A stretch of DNA of 63,036 nucleotides, the filler included, from Cercozoa sp. M6MM (taxonomy: Eukaryota > Protista > Endomyxa: Ascetosporea): NCBI GenBank assembly GCA_040357565.1. It is 12 parts of 12 records of this genome, joined end to end, with 100 filler letters (N's around TTAATTAATTAA, not from the genome) between each part and the next. Parts side by side here need not be neighbours in the genome. Positions count along the whole stretch, not along the records: positions 1 to 11,736 come from JBDODJ010000394.1; positions 11,837 to 28,461 come from JBDODJ010000282.1; 10 more parts are not named here. The stretch is one strand, 5' to 3'. Position 1 is the first letter of the stretch; every line of letters begins with the position of its first letter. A program made the position numbers and the translations under genes. Of this stretch, positions 1 to 11,923 are shown piece by piece. The notes below the pieces were generated by a model. That model saw only the letters and a list, made by a program, of their open reading frames with translations. It made no database searches and was not told the DNA's origin.

Positions 1-19
1 GGGGGGGTAAGACTGTCCT

Positions 20-498
20 ACCTGTTGCTGCTGGAGTTGTTGCTGCTGTTGTTGTTGTTGTTGTTGTTGTTGCACAAACGACTGTTGCTGTCGCTGTTGT
101 TGCTGCTGCTGCTGTTGTCGCAGGTACTGCTGCTGCTGCTGCGCCTGCAGAGGAGGGGTAACAGGGGGGTAAACAGGGGGGGTAAACATGGGGGTAAACA
201 CACCTGCAGCATGCGCATGTAGTGCTGCTGCTGCATCATGTACTGGTAGTGCTGCTGCATGTACTGCTGCTGCTGCTGGGCCGTCTGCAGTCACAAAATG
301 ATCGAGATAGACAGAGTAAAGATCGGACAACAAAGCTACCATTTGTTGTTGTTGTTGTTGTGGCTGTTGTTGCTGCTGAGGCACACCTGGTTGTTGTTGC
401 TGCTGCTGCTGCTGCTGCTGTTGCTGCTGCTGCATCTGCTGTTGCCACATGGCTGCCTGCTGCTGCGGCGAGAAACCGCCGTAGTAACCCGGGTACAT
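20..498 (-). CDS. Glutamine-rich low-complexity protein, 5' part (runs off the window start)
   Basis: ATG at 498 gives MYPGYYGGFSPQQQAAMWQQQMQQQ...; CAG/CAA tracts interrupted by GT-AG introns. Confidence 0.6.
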
Positions 499-1396
499 TT
501 CGCTACCTCAGGTTTGTCTCACAATGAGCCGCGTCCGCGCGGACGCCAGAACGGCAAAAAGTGACCTTGCTGACGGAGAGGGAGATTGAAGATTATTTCA
601 CTTCCCGCTCTCCCGTGTGTGACCTGGCGGGTCACGTCTAGTACTCCTCCTCAATGTTTAGATCAACAAGCACACTCTAACTGCCCTCAAGAGTGAGACT
701 CGTGCCACAACCAGTGCAGAATTTTTCTCTTTATTTTTTCGTGATTGGCGCCAAGGTTGCTGGGATTGACTGTAAACAGATGTCTAGTGCACTGAATTGA
801 CTGTGCTTTAATAATTAACATGTGATCATGCAGACTGGAGGCCCTGGGCAGCTGGTGCGCACACATGTGTCAAACCCACGCACAGAATAGCTACTTGGCA
901 ATCGCTGGTTTTGCAGACATCGTTTTGCCACCTAGGCACTCTCTGCGCTCTCTGATGGCACTAATTTTCTCGGTCTCAGAGTTCAATTCCGACTGTCGCC
1001 GATGAGGGAGTTCAATTCCTGTTCTTTGTCCCAACGCAAAACCTGGGCTTTTTTTAACTTCGCTGTCTCGTTACTGGAGCAAGTGTAAGTCCAAGAGGCG
1101 GTGTCAAAAAAAATTAGAGGTGTCACGCCATTTTTACTCAGGGACACTCAGCCGGGTGTTGCGATGAACTTCGAAATATGTGTCGAAACTATGTATCGGA
1201 GATCGAACTCGAAACGACAAGCTTTTGCCCATGTTGCGGCCCTATAAAACCGGCACCTATACTCTGGCACAGAGACCGGTATAGGGACCCACATCTTTCC
1301 AGCAAACTACCTTATTTCTGAACGTACGGCTGATTTCTTTGGACAAATGTTATAAAACTAGCACTTCTGAAAGTGGAGCCATGGCAACTTCGATGT

Positions 1397-1449
1397 GATT
1401 AGTTGAGTCTTTTATGGAACTAACTAAGTCGTTCCCCTGCACCCAGGGG
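1397..1449 (-). repeat. Dispersed ~70-bp element, degenerate copy A
   Basis: Aligns by eye with 25871-25917 (AGTCT..A..AAC.AACTA..GTTCCCCTG.ACC); flanked by an 11-bp direct repeat AACTTCGATGT (1386-1396, 1450-1460). Confidence 0.5.
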
Positions 1450-1499
1450 AACTTCGATGTATTAAACAAACAAAGATAAATTGACGGCGAAACGCTGTT

Positions 1500-1706
1500 C
1501 AAGCGAAGTTTCGTGCCACGTGCGGCAGCTCCATGCGAGGTCAGTCAGAGCAGCGTGCGCACGGCACTGCTGTGTGCAGACCGCGGCGACGACGAGAGCG
1601 ACGAGGCGTTCGACAACAATCGCGTGGGTGTCTGCTCAGAGGGACACCGGACAGTACAAAACTAACAGAGGGAGGGAGAGACAGACAGACAGACAGACAG
1701 CCAGAC

Positions 1707-1755
<49 letters not shown>

Positions 1756-1765
1756 NNNNNNNNNN

Positions 1766-1816
<51 letters not shown>

Positions 1817-4627
1817 CTGACTTCTTGTTCGAACAGTGAGATCAAGTTTCTCCTATACAGTAGACAACACATACCGTGACAGTGAGGTGGACACACAGAC
1901 CTACCTGGGTGAGCACAGCAGCGGCAACGCGGCGTCCAAGTCCGCGGTGCGCGTGCGCGCTTTCAGCGGCGTCTGCAGTGGCTCTGGCGTGCTACACATA
2001 CAAAGTCACATACACAGCCTAGCCGTCTACCCCCCCCCCCGGGGGGTGGGGAGAGTAGTAGTCTACCTAGTCGGCGCCAGGTGGTCACGCACGTGTCCGA
2101 TCACACTGACCAGTGTGCCATACAAGGATCGACTCAGCTCGCGTGCACCCAGCAATAGGAAGACGGCGCTCAGTGCCACCGAGGTGGCCGCTTTGTTGAG
2201 TGCGCGAGCGTGTGGCAGCTGCATGCCTGCGGCAGCACGATGTTTTACCCCTACCCTTTTACCTCTACCCCCTTTACCCCTACCTCTTTACTCCTACCCT
2301 CTTTACCCGCTACCCTTAAACCTCTTACCCCACCTTTACACCTGCCCCGTGAAGATACCTTCGAGAGTGACGTCTTCGACGAGACCGAGGAGCGACACGG
2401 CGAGAGGCAGCGACCACGCCAGCATCAGAGTCACGGCTGCGCCAAGCAGCAGCGACTGTGCCGACGCCAGCTGATCCTGTTGCACAGGGGGTAAAGGGTA
2501 AAGGGTAAAGGAGTGGGACAGAGTACCACATAGGAGATGAAGCGACGCAGTTTGGGCGATGTGGTTATCCTGTCGTGAAGTCCTGTGCGACCATTCAATG
2601 TGACATAGGGTAGGACATAGGGTAGGTAGGTAAAGAGAAGAGAAGAGACTACCCAGAGACACGGCAAAGACAAGGTAGGCACACAGCAACAGATCGATCA
2701 GACGGTGACTCGGACCGGCCACGAAGAGTGCCGACGGTACCAGTAGCCACAAGGCACGGTAGCACGTGCCCATGTGGACCACCACAGCCGCCATGCCTCT
2801 GCCGGACAGGTGAAAAGTGTGAGTGCATGGGAGTATATGGGGGGGGGGAGGTCTATGGGTATATGGAGGGGGTATATGGAGGGGGTATATGGAGGGGGGT
2901 ATATGGGGGTGTACATCAAGGCACACGACAGGTTGCGTAGCAGAGGACTGACCTGAGGGGCCAAGGGTAAAGGGGGAAAAGAGGCTAAGGTGTAAATGGG
3001 TAGGGGGTCAAAACAATCCATTCTACCGACCGCACACGCTGCAGCTCTCTTCGCAAACGCTGTCTCTGTAGGTAGGATAAACAAGGGATAAAGGGAGGAT
3101 GAACAAGGGGGTAAATGGCTAAACAAAGGGTAGAAGGGGTAAAGGCAGAGGCACCTCCTGACGCAGACTGTCGAGGTCGCGGAGCCACACGCGCAGCGAC
3201 AAGTCCTCGCTGACACTCTCAGACTCGTCTGAGTGGTCACTGGAGTGACCACGCGAGTGACCACTTGAGTGATTGGTATGGTCATATGAGCGATCAGTGT
3301 AGTCACTCGATGTGGTCACCCTTCGCACCGTTGCCAAAACACGTCGACGCGATTTGATGCGATTCTCGAGTGCTGCTGTCTGTGCACACGGGCATTTCTA
3401 CCCCTTACTCCTAGCCTCCTCTTATCTTCCTACCTGCAGGGCCAGACGCAGCCACTGTCGCTGGAAGAGGGCGCGCGCGTGCAGAGGCACCTGCCACCGG
3501 TGCACTCGCCGCAGCAGCGCCGACAGTCCGCGGTGCGCGCACGTCACCTGCACAGGCACTGCTACATTTTTGCCCCCTCACCCCCCACACCCTTACCCCC
3601 AAGCACAGGCCGTACCACGACAATGAGGCCGGGCATGGCGTGCAGTAGCGTCACTTCGTCGGCCCAGCCAAGCAAGGGCGCGTCGAACAAGACGGCACCT
3701 GCATGTGTGTGTGTGTGTGCATGTGTGTGTGTGTAAATACAAAAGAGCGCAACCAACCGGCAGCACGGAAGGCGAGTTGCAGACACACGGTCAGCAGAGC
3801 CCACACAGAGAAGGTCTGTATACAAACACATACACATAACACATACAAACACATAACACATACAAACACATAACACATNNNNNNNNNNACACATAACACA
3901 TACAAACACATAACACATACAAACACATAACACATACAAACACATAACACATACACATACACACATACACACACGAGCACAAGTAGCGCCACCTCGCACA
4001 TGCGACTGCGAAAGTGCGCCTCTGGTAGTAGATAGGCCTGCACACCGACAAGAGGACAGACAAATGCCGTACCTGTGATCGTACAAGAACAGACTACCAG
4101 AGGAGTTAAGACGAACAGCGCACCGGTCGACATCCAGGTCTGCACGCGCCAGAAGTGACCCAGCAGGAAGGAACTAGGCACACGTGGACTTAAACTTTGA
4201 AGCACACAGACTGGTAGAGAACAAAAGCAGCAGTTACTGCCGGCCAGTCGTGTCAGCTATCGCAAGGGCGACTCCACACGGCCACCTACGCAGACAGACA
4301 TCATACACAGCTGCATATCATATCGACAGACTTCGCTCACATGACAGCGACGGCGAAAACAGCAGCGGCGAGTGACAGCGGCAGTAACTGCACTTTCCTG
4401 TCGAAACACCTTAGTCAGAAGCACCGAGTGGCTCTAGCGAAACATGTCAAACGCACTCATTCTGACGCAAGACAACGGCGAAGACGATGCCAAACGCAAC
4501 ACTGCGAGTGCACACATCAAGGCAGCACGGATTCAGTCGTACTTCGCTGCTTCGAGTATCTGGGAGAGTCGTACCAGTAGGCGACAAACAGAACGACAAG
4601 TGAAGACGAGTACTCATAATACGACAT
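1500..4627 (-). CDS. LMBR1-family multi-pass membrane protein (multi-exon; 3' end approximate)
   Basis: Spliced segments MSYYEYSSSLVVLFVAYC, VVVTCAHRGLSALL and SLLLGAAVTLMLAWSLPLAVSLLGL parallel LMBR1/LMBR1L TM motifs (CTPLGL, SSALPV..TLG) in order. Confidence 0.55.
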
Positions 4628-4883
4628 TGGTGCACAAGGCGCCAACGGCGACAACGGATTGCGTTTTGGGCAGCGATAGTCGGCTTAAATATGAAGTAAA
4701 CCACACTGAGATACAACTACTGGCCACTCTAAATACTCACCCTCCGAGCCCATTAAGTGGCTCCGAGAGCCGTTGAGGGAAAAAAGACAGAAACGCAGAC
4801 TTAATCTTTATCCCGGTTGGCGCGGGACTGCAACGCCAGAAGTGCGTGTGTTGTTGGTTCATTTGGATACTTCAGTCGCAACA

Positions 4884-5621
4884 ATGGTGCGTTGCTTCAA
4901 TGCGGTGGAGTGTTTTTTCTGTCATTGATTATGTGGCCGCTCTTTCAAGCCAGTTAATAGCGTCCCATGGCATGTGCAGGTTCACGTTGAGGCAGTGGGT
5001 GAGCAGGAGGAGGAGATCACACTGACTTGGCAAGTTTCAATTAAAATTACTGTGCGTGTTCTTGTGTTCCTTCATCACGTGTGGTCGTTTTGTACAGGTC
5101 GGACTACGCCGACTACTTCAAGGATCAATACACGCGCTCACGACGCAAGTTGATGCGTTTCTGGGCCGGCACACTGTCCGACTACGTATGTTGCGCTGCT
5201 TCTTGCTAGTTAGTTTATGATTCGCAACATGTGTGACATACAGGCATTCCACGCCAACACAGTCTGGTGGCTCGTGGTGATTCCGGCCTCCCTTGCACTC
5301 CGCACCAACGACATGGTACGGCACTTTTCGTTGCGTCAAAAAGACGATGTACGTGCTCGTAATTATGTGTGCAGGAGGAGATCGCTCAGACTTTTGACTC
5401 GGTGGCCAAGCGCACGGCTGACCTGGTACACTTCTCTGAGTGTACACCGTCTCTTGTGTGGCCACCTATGGTTTCGCTCTGCAGCCGCTTGCGCCGATGG
5501 ACCAGAACGGCTTGCTGCGTGAGGTGGCCGGCGAGTGGGCCGAGCCGCTCATGCTTGGTATGCTATACTATTCCTAGTGTCTGTGCAAAGTCTACGCGGG
5601 TGAATGCTGCTTCAGGCGTGA
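4884..5621 (+). CDS. Small single-TM protein (~100 aa), possibly Tom22/Tom9-like
   Basis: 7 exons: M|VHVEAVGEQEEEITLTW|SDYADYFKDQYTRSRRKLMRFWAGTLSDY|AFHANTVWWLVVIPASLALRTNDM|EEIAQTFDSVAKRTADL|PLAPMDQNGLLRE|A*; GC3-rich frame; needs a GC-AG intron at 5030. Gene is well supported, family is tentative. Confidence 0.45.
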
Positions 5622-5904
5622 CGGAGCGTGGCATGACGCCGCTTGTGGGTCGTCTGCGTGGTCACTGAACTACAAGAGCCTGGGGCTGACGCGTTCAGTC
5701 GCACTGTGCAGCTCGGAACAAAACATGATCGCATATCCGGGAGGGCCGATCCGCGCTGATTTTCTGTTCGCGCACTTGGCTTCGCTTTCGTTCCGTTTTC
5801 ACTTTATTTATGTTTCACCGTGACTGACGCGCAATTACTGAGGCCGGGGCTTGTCCGGATTGGCGAGGCGCTTTTTCTTGAGTCTTGTGTGCGATGGGGA
5901 AATC

Positions 5905-7198
5905 CTATCGTCGGAGAGTGAAACCTTCGCAGGGGTACAGTCGGGTAATAATTTGGTCGTCAAGGTAACGTGGGAAAGCCCACAACGCCAAATGGTTGGA
6001 TGTTTCAAAAATGCCCCGCCAGGCCGTAATTCGCGACGGTGGAGCTCGGCACGCCTGGCACCGAACCGGCGCTGTCCAATTGTACGGTGGGCAGTTACCA
6101 TATGACGGTACTGTATTCTGGTGCAATATATACTGATGCTGGAGCTTAGTGTGCGCCTGCTAGTACTTGTAGAGGCGGGAGGGAGGTCGCGCTTTGTTGA
6201 CGCGCACCCTGTTTTGCACAGCCACGGTGTGTACTCGCTTTTTACTGCGGAGGCGTTCTTGTTGACACATGGCGAGAGCTCTACAATGCAAAAAAATCCC
6301 ATAGACAACAGGACACATTCAAGAGTGGCGTGTGTACACTGCGAGCTGTCGCCGTAACTGCTCGCGCTCGAGCTCAAGCTGCTTCAATTCTCGCTGCAGA
6401 CGAGATTGCTGCTGTTGTGCATCTTGGGCCACCACCTGTTTGGTCCAGTCAAAAGGGATACGTACAAATATCAAGGACTGAAAGGGGTTGCATTTGCCAC
6501 GTACTTGGACTGACGAATTCACTTCTCTTGGCTCCAAGTCGAAGTTACTGCAAGGATACAACTCAGTACCCTGAAAATGACAACGTCAACTCGGACAACT
6601 TGGACGAACTTACAATGCAACGATTTCCTCCACGGACAAGGGCGTTATGTAGCGGATACATGATCGATCGTACTGTTCCGCCGAGTAGGTGTCTCGAACA
6701 GCAACAGACTCGTCAAAGTGCACTTTCTGCAGAATAAAACAGTCAAGTTGGACCACAGAAGATGCAGCTTGGAAGCAATGACCCGTTTGCGCTCTTTCAG
6801 ATGACGTGATTGGTAGCGCCGCAAGAAGGCTTCGCGTTCGCGTTGACCACCTCCTTTTAGGTCTAGAACAAGCACCATGCATTTTGTATACGTATCGACT
6901 CCCGCCGTAGCTATAGCGTTCACTACCCGGCAGAGCTTCTTCCTTTGAATCGTTGGAAGAAGAAGACGAAGCGATTTTCGACTCCGAGTGTTGTCGTTTG
7001 ACGCGGCGGTGGGTGCGTTTAGGAGAACTAGAACTGGGGACATTGTCTATCCGCATGGCAGAGTTTTGCAGTACGACTACAACAACACATTACAAAGTGA
7101 ATGCACAGGACTCAAGACACTTGCACTGTACCTGCAGGTAAGCAGACGCGATGAAGAAGAGTTGGTGCGCTTTTGTAGTACGAGATCCGAGGCAGCAT
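5905..7198 (-). CDS. PP1-targeting protein with Bni4/neurabin/Phactr-like motif and a short coiled coil (ends approximate)
   Basis: Exon KVHFDESVAVRDTYSAEQYDRSCIRYITPLSVEEIVAL contains RVxF + TYS..YDR + LT/LS..I. Confidence 0.55.
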
Positions 7199-8007
7199 GC
7201 GGTGTTGTTTCGACAGTTTCGAGGGAGAGAAGAGGCGAGGCAGAGGACCGACGGCGAGAGATCGTCTGTGTGTGTAGAGAGAGAGAGAGAGAGTATTTAC
7301 GTTTTTTGTAGCAAAATGTGATTCATTTCGTCACTTGCTTTAATGGTGCATTGCTGCTGTACGCTTATTTTGGCTGACGAGTTTGAAACAAATGTCCGAA
7401 AGCCCCTGTGCTCGCACATGTCAAACGATGGCAGACTCGACCAAAACTGTTCACAGCGAGTGCGCACTCGCATCTAAACTGCAAAGGACCGCGCTGTAAA
7501 TTGTTGCCTGTGTGCAATTCGGTTGTACAACGGGCAGGTTTCTCGCCACTGGCTTTCCAATTCGCCAACAACGAAAAATAATCTCAAGGCGCACATTTAT
7601 GAGTCTTGGCTACATTATTGGTTAATAACAGGTAGTAACACGCACTCCGTGCTGCTCAGATCCTTCAACAAGTTGGAAATTTCGAGGTTATCCGTTGTAG
7701 CCATATTTCGATTATTCTGTAGCCACTTCTTACGAGCTTGGCCAGAAAGCCCCCAACTACACCCAAGAGGCTCGATTTCGCCACACACGTGCAAGCTAGT
7801 GACCCAGACTCCGGCTTGGGTGAGTAACGCCTGTCGTGGTTTTTTCGTGAGACGTTCTCCCGTTTTCACTGAATTGTCTTTTTTCGTGCTCAGGTCGACT
7901 TTGTTTCGTTTAACGTTGATTTTCGCAACAACGGATCTTTAAGTGCGTGCCTGAGTGAGCGGAATCGCCCTCAGCCCTCCCCTCCCCTCCCCCACGTCCC
8001 CTGGACT

Positions 8008-9580
8008 ATGTATGACCGAAGAGATGATCGAAGCCACCACAGCAGCCGTGTGAGTCGCAGTTCGTCGGCGGCGTCGCTTTCGCGCGCCGCCCTGAGCGCC
8101 GAAGATTTTGCCGCGAGGTACTTTGTGTTTTTGCGTGTGCTCGCCTGTTTTTGGTGTGCCTTGGGTCTGCACCTTTTTGCGCTGTTCTGGTATTGGGCTA
8201 GTGGTTCAACGTGGAATGTGTGTGTGTCCTCGCAGCGGCTTTGAGCCGGCGCGGGTGGCCGCGGCGTCGACGCACTCGTGCGAGTCGTCTGAGTCGCCCG
8301 AGGCGCCAGTGTTTCGCTCAGTGATGACGATGGACAACACGGCGTCGTCGATGGCGATGCCGTCGATGGCGATGCCGTCGTCGATGGAGATGCCAGGCTT
8401 GGGTGCCATGGACAGTATGCTGGACACTCTGATGCCATCGCTGACCCCGGCGTCGTCGGTGCCCGGCGCGTCACTCGGCGTTGGCATGGGCCTCGGTCTC
8501 GGTCTCGACATGGACATGGACATGGGCATGGGCATGCCGAGCTTTGGCAGCCAGCACTCAGACGGTCTGTCGAAACACTCGGTCTCAGGAGACGCCAGCA
8601 GCACAGCCACAGTGTCAATGTCGCTGTCGAAACCGCAGCAGCAGCCGCAGCAGCAAGGCGCGACAGTGACGCGACAACTCTCGCCGCTGCCGGCGTATGT
8701 GGACCAGTGCATGACGCTGTGCACGCGCATGAACGCCGACGACACCGAGCAGTGGCTTGTTGACTTTGCCGCCGCCAACGATGGTACACTGTGCTCTTGA
8801 CGCACTCACACAAATACACTGGTACCTTGCATATGCGTATGTGTGTGAGGGTAGGCTCGATGCGCAGCGACGAGGACACAGAGGACTGGGACGACTTTGG
8901 CGACGATGACGAGGATGTCATGTCGCTCCAGCAGTCACCGGAGGTGCCGCAGTTCGAACTGACGCTGCACGAGCACACGAGTCCGGTGCGCGTGACGCTG
9001 GCACTCTACGCGGCGCCCGGCGTCGACGCGTCGCAGCAGTGCTGTGTCGAGGTGCGTCGCGCGCCCTCGTGCACGAGTTGCGAGGTGTTGCAGGCCAAGT
9101 CGATGCTCAGCTGTGCTCTCAACGCGACTTCGACGTTAGCCGACCAGGTGGTTGGTCAAGTCACCGGTCAGATGTCCGACGACGGCGCCGAGGACTCGCT
9201 TCGCGTAGACGCCAAACTCATCGCATCGCTCGAGCGCTGTCTCGAAGCCGGCGCCAGTCTGCGGCCGCAGGTCTGCAAGGCGCTGTGTCACCTCTCCTCT
9301 CAGGTACGCACTGCCGTGCCTTCTTGCGCTACTGAGTGTGCACACTGTGGCATGCTCTTGTGTGTGTCCTGCAGGTATCGGAGCAGGAAGCACCGCTTCT
9401 GGCCGCGTGCGTTCGTCGCGCCAGCGAGTTGAGTCCTCAGGTACAACCCACCCATGCATGCCGCAGGGTTGACCATCAGACCGAAAGATGATGTTGATTT
9501 GACAGACTCGTTCGGCACTGTCGGGTGCTCGCAGCAACCTCGAGGTTCTCGAGCGTTTGTCGTCGCAAATCGCCTTCTAG
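8008..9580 (+). CDS. Hypothetical protein (Met/Ser-rich N-terminus, possible KA1-like and helical C-terminal parts)
   Basis: GC3-rich exons joined by GT-AG introns, ending TRSALSGARSNLEVLERLSSQIAF* at 9580. Confidence 0.55.
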
Positions 9581-10294
9581 AACAGCGCACCAACGCGAAA
9601 AATCACAGACAAACAAACAACGTGTCGAACTTACACACAAACACAAACACGAAACCAAAAATCAACCGTTTTTGGCCTCTTCGAATCACGAAATCACGAA
9701 AATCCAAACTTTTGTTTTGTTGTGGACAAACGGACGAAAACAACACGCACATCGATCTCTCTATGGGTGTGTGCCTGCGCGTATCTTGTCCCTGACTCTC
9801 TCTACACTCTGTGGTGCCCGAAAGTACCGCAGCCTTCCCCAATTCTTCTTTGTTTCGGGCAACTGAAACGAAACGCGCAAACCACCATTTGGACTGTGTC
9901 GTGACGTGTCGCTTCCTGTCCGTTCGCTGCCAAACTAAACGAAACTTTAAGCCTCGGCTCGTACTCTGTTCCGTTCAATTATTGCGAACGGTGTGCAAGA
10001 AACTTCTTTCCGTTCGGCTCCACTGTTAGTACCTGGGGCAATTTCCTGCGCTGGCGGCTTTAAAACTGGACCCTCGTTCCAACTTCGGTGCAAAAGGTCA
10101 GGTTTGCGCTGCCGTACAACAGCCTGGCTGGCAGTACATTACGGAGATAGTAGTTTTAGTAGTTAAATCGTGTCTTCAATCGTTGAACCGTGATGTCACA
10201 CGTCGACGTCCATTAAGTCTCTCGAATGATTCACAGTTCACTTGATGAGAGGTGTCTCTTCACTGCCCAGTATCTTAAGCTTGACACCTCAAGG

Positions 10295-11692
10295 CTAAAA
10301 AACAGAAATCAAAGTACTCTTGCATGCGAGCTTCGGCACTCTCACGGGTGGTATCTAACACAGGCGTCGCTGCCACCAGTCGGTGACGACGACGAGCGTG
10401 CACCTACTCAAGCAGGAAGTGACCCCTAACTCAGACTATACTGTAATAAGTACCTCTGGCGACGCTGTCGTCGTCGATGCTGGTTGGCTGGCGTTCGTGG
10501 ACTCGATCCAGTCGAATATCCCGTCGTCTTGTGTTCCTAGCTCCGACAGTGTCAGGCGGAACAGCACACGGCAGTACTCTGTGCGATGCCCTTTCAAGGG
10601 AGAAACCCAAAGCTACAGCAGCACAGAAAAGCTGTGTACCGTAGTCGGGTCGTTCATTGAATCGCAGCGAGCGGCAGTAGTGCAAGTAGTCAAAAACAGC
10701 GTTTGGAATGCGCTGAGGCTACACACATGTAGCATCTGCCATTGTGCATGTGAATATCACAAGAGATGTCCAGGTTGTACACAACAAGAAGCGTCCTCTT
10801 CCTCGACAAACTTCCGCTTGAGCGTGCGAATCAGGCGCATCTTGCGACGGTAGGACGGCACATTGAGACCGCTCCAGGGCAGGCGCCCGTTAAACAGGAA
10901 GTACACCAGCACAAAGCCGATGCTCTCAAGGTCGTCGCGACGACTTTGGCGCACGCCTTCATGTGCTGCGAGACTCATGTATCGCGTTGTGCCCCAGGTG
11001 CCGCAGTTCTGCGAGAACGGCAGGTGCCGGCTACCAATGACAACTGTAGCTATAGTTATGGGAACTAAAAAAGACGAGTGTGTACCCATCAACGGAGCGG
11101 TAGGACGCAGACAGACCAAAGTCGAGCAGGTATAGTTGCTTCTGTGCATCTTCGCCGGTGCCAGCACCGATGCAGTAGTTGTCCGGCTTCTGGTCCCGAT
11201 GCACGAGACCCTTGGAGTGCACGCGGTCCACCAGAGTGATCATGCGGATGGCCAGCATGCAAATTGTCTTGGTGCTAAAACGGCAACCGCGCGCACGAAA
11301 AATGCTCTCCAACTGATCGAGCAAACAGAAAAAGTGTAGGTACACATGAATACCGAAAGCAGGAAAGAAAGGTCGAGCTTACGTTGTCTCCCAGAAGTTG
11401 CATCACGAGCAGCTGTCGGCGTTGCTCGACCACAAAGCAGTGCATGTCCGGGATACCAGGCTGTGACCCCAGATGCTACAAGACGCAGGTACCTCCCGCA
11501 GCGTACGCCTTACATGTAGAATATCTAGAAGCAGAACGTACGTGGTAGATCATGCACTCGCGCTGCAGGATGCTCTCCTTGTTCTCGTCGGCAGGCTCGA
11601 CCTTGATGGCGAAGTGCTGCTGCGTCAGCTGGTCCAGGGCAAGGTAGACCTGTCCGAAGCTGCCGCTACCCAGTTGCTTCTCGAGTCTGAGA
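10295..11692 (-). CDS. CK1: Casein kinase 1 family kinase (5' truncated at contig end; 3' end approximate)
   Basis: LGSGSFGQVY, AIKVE, LLVMQLLGDNLE, HRDQKPDN, DFGLS, GTTRYMS, QSRRDDLESIGFVLVYF, LPWSGL, YCRSLRFNERPDY, FDW. Confidence 0.92.
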
Positions 11693-11736
11693 AATTGCAA
11701 GTTTTATTTAGCAGCCAACTGGAAGGGGGGGGGGGG

Positions 11737-11836
11737 NNNNNNNNNNNNNNNNNNNNNNNNNNNNNNNNNNNNNNNNNNNNTTAATTAATTAANNNNNNNN
11801 NNNNNNNNNNNNNNNNNNNNNNNNNNNNNNNNNNNN
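11737..11836. other. Artificial contig linker N44-TTAATTAATTAA-N44 (also at 28462, 34255, 38992, 45386, 46892, 52155, 53986, 56048, 58703, 61716)
   Basis: Identical 100-nt spacer with stops in all six frames, repeated 11 times. Confidence 0.97.
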
Positions 11837-11896
<60 letters not shown>

Positions 11897-11923
11897 TGTG
11901 TATGTTTCTGGATTGTGTGTTAG

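Noticed and set aside
979-1020. Two GAGTTCAATTCC B-box/T-loop-like motifs suggesting a tRNA or SINE
   Set aside because: No T-stem pairing, acceptor stem or A box could be built
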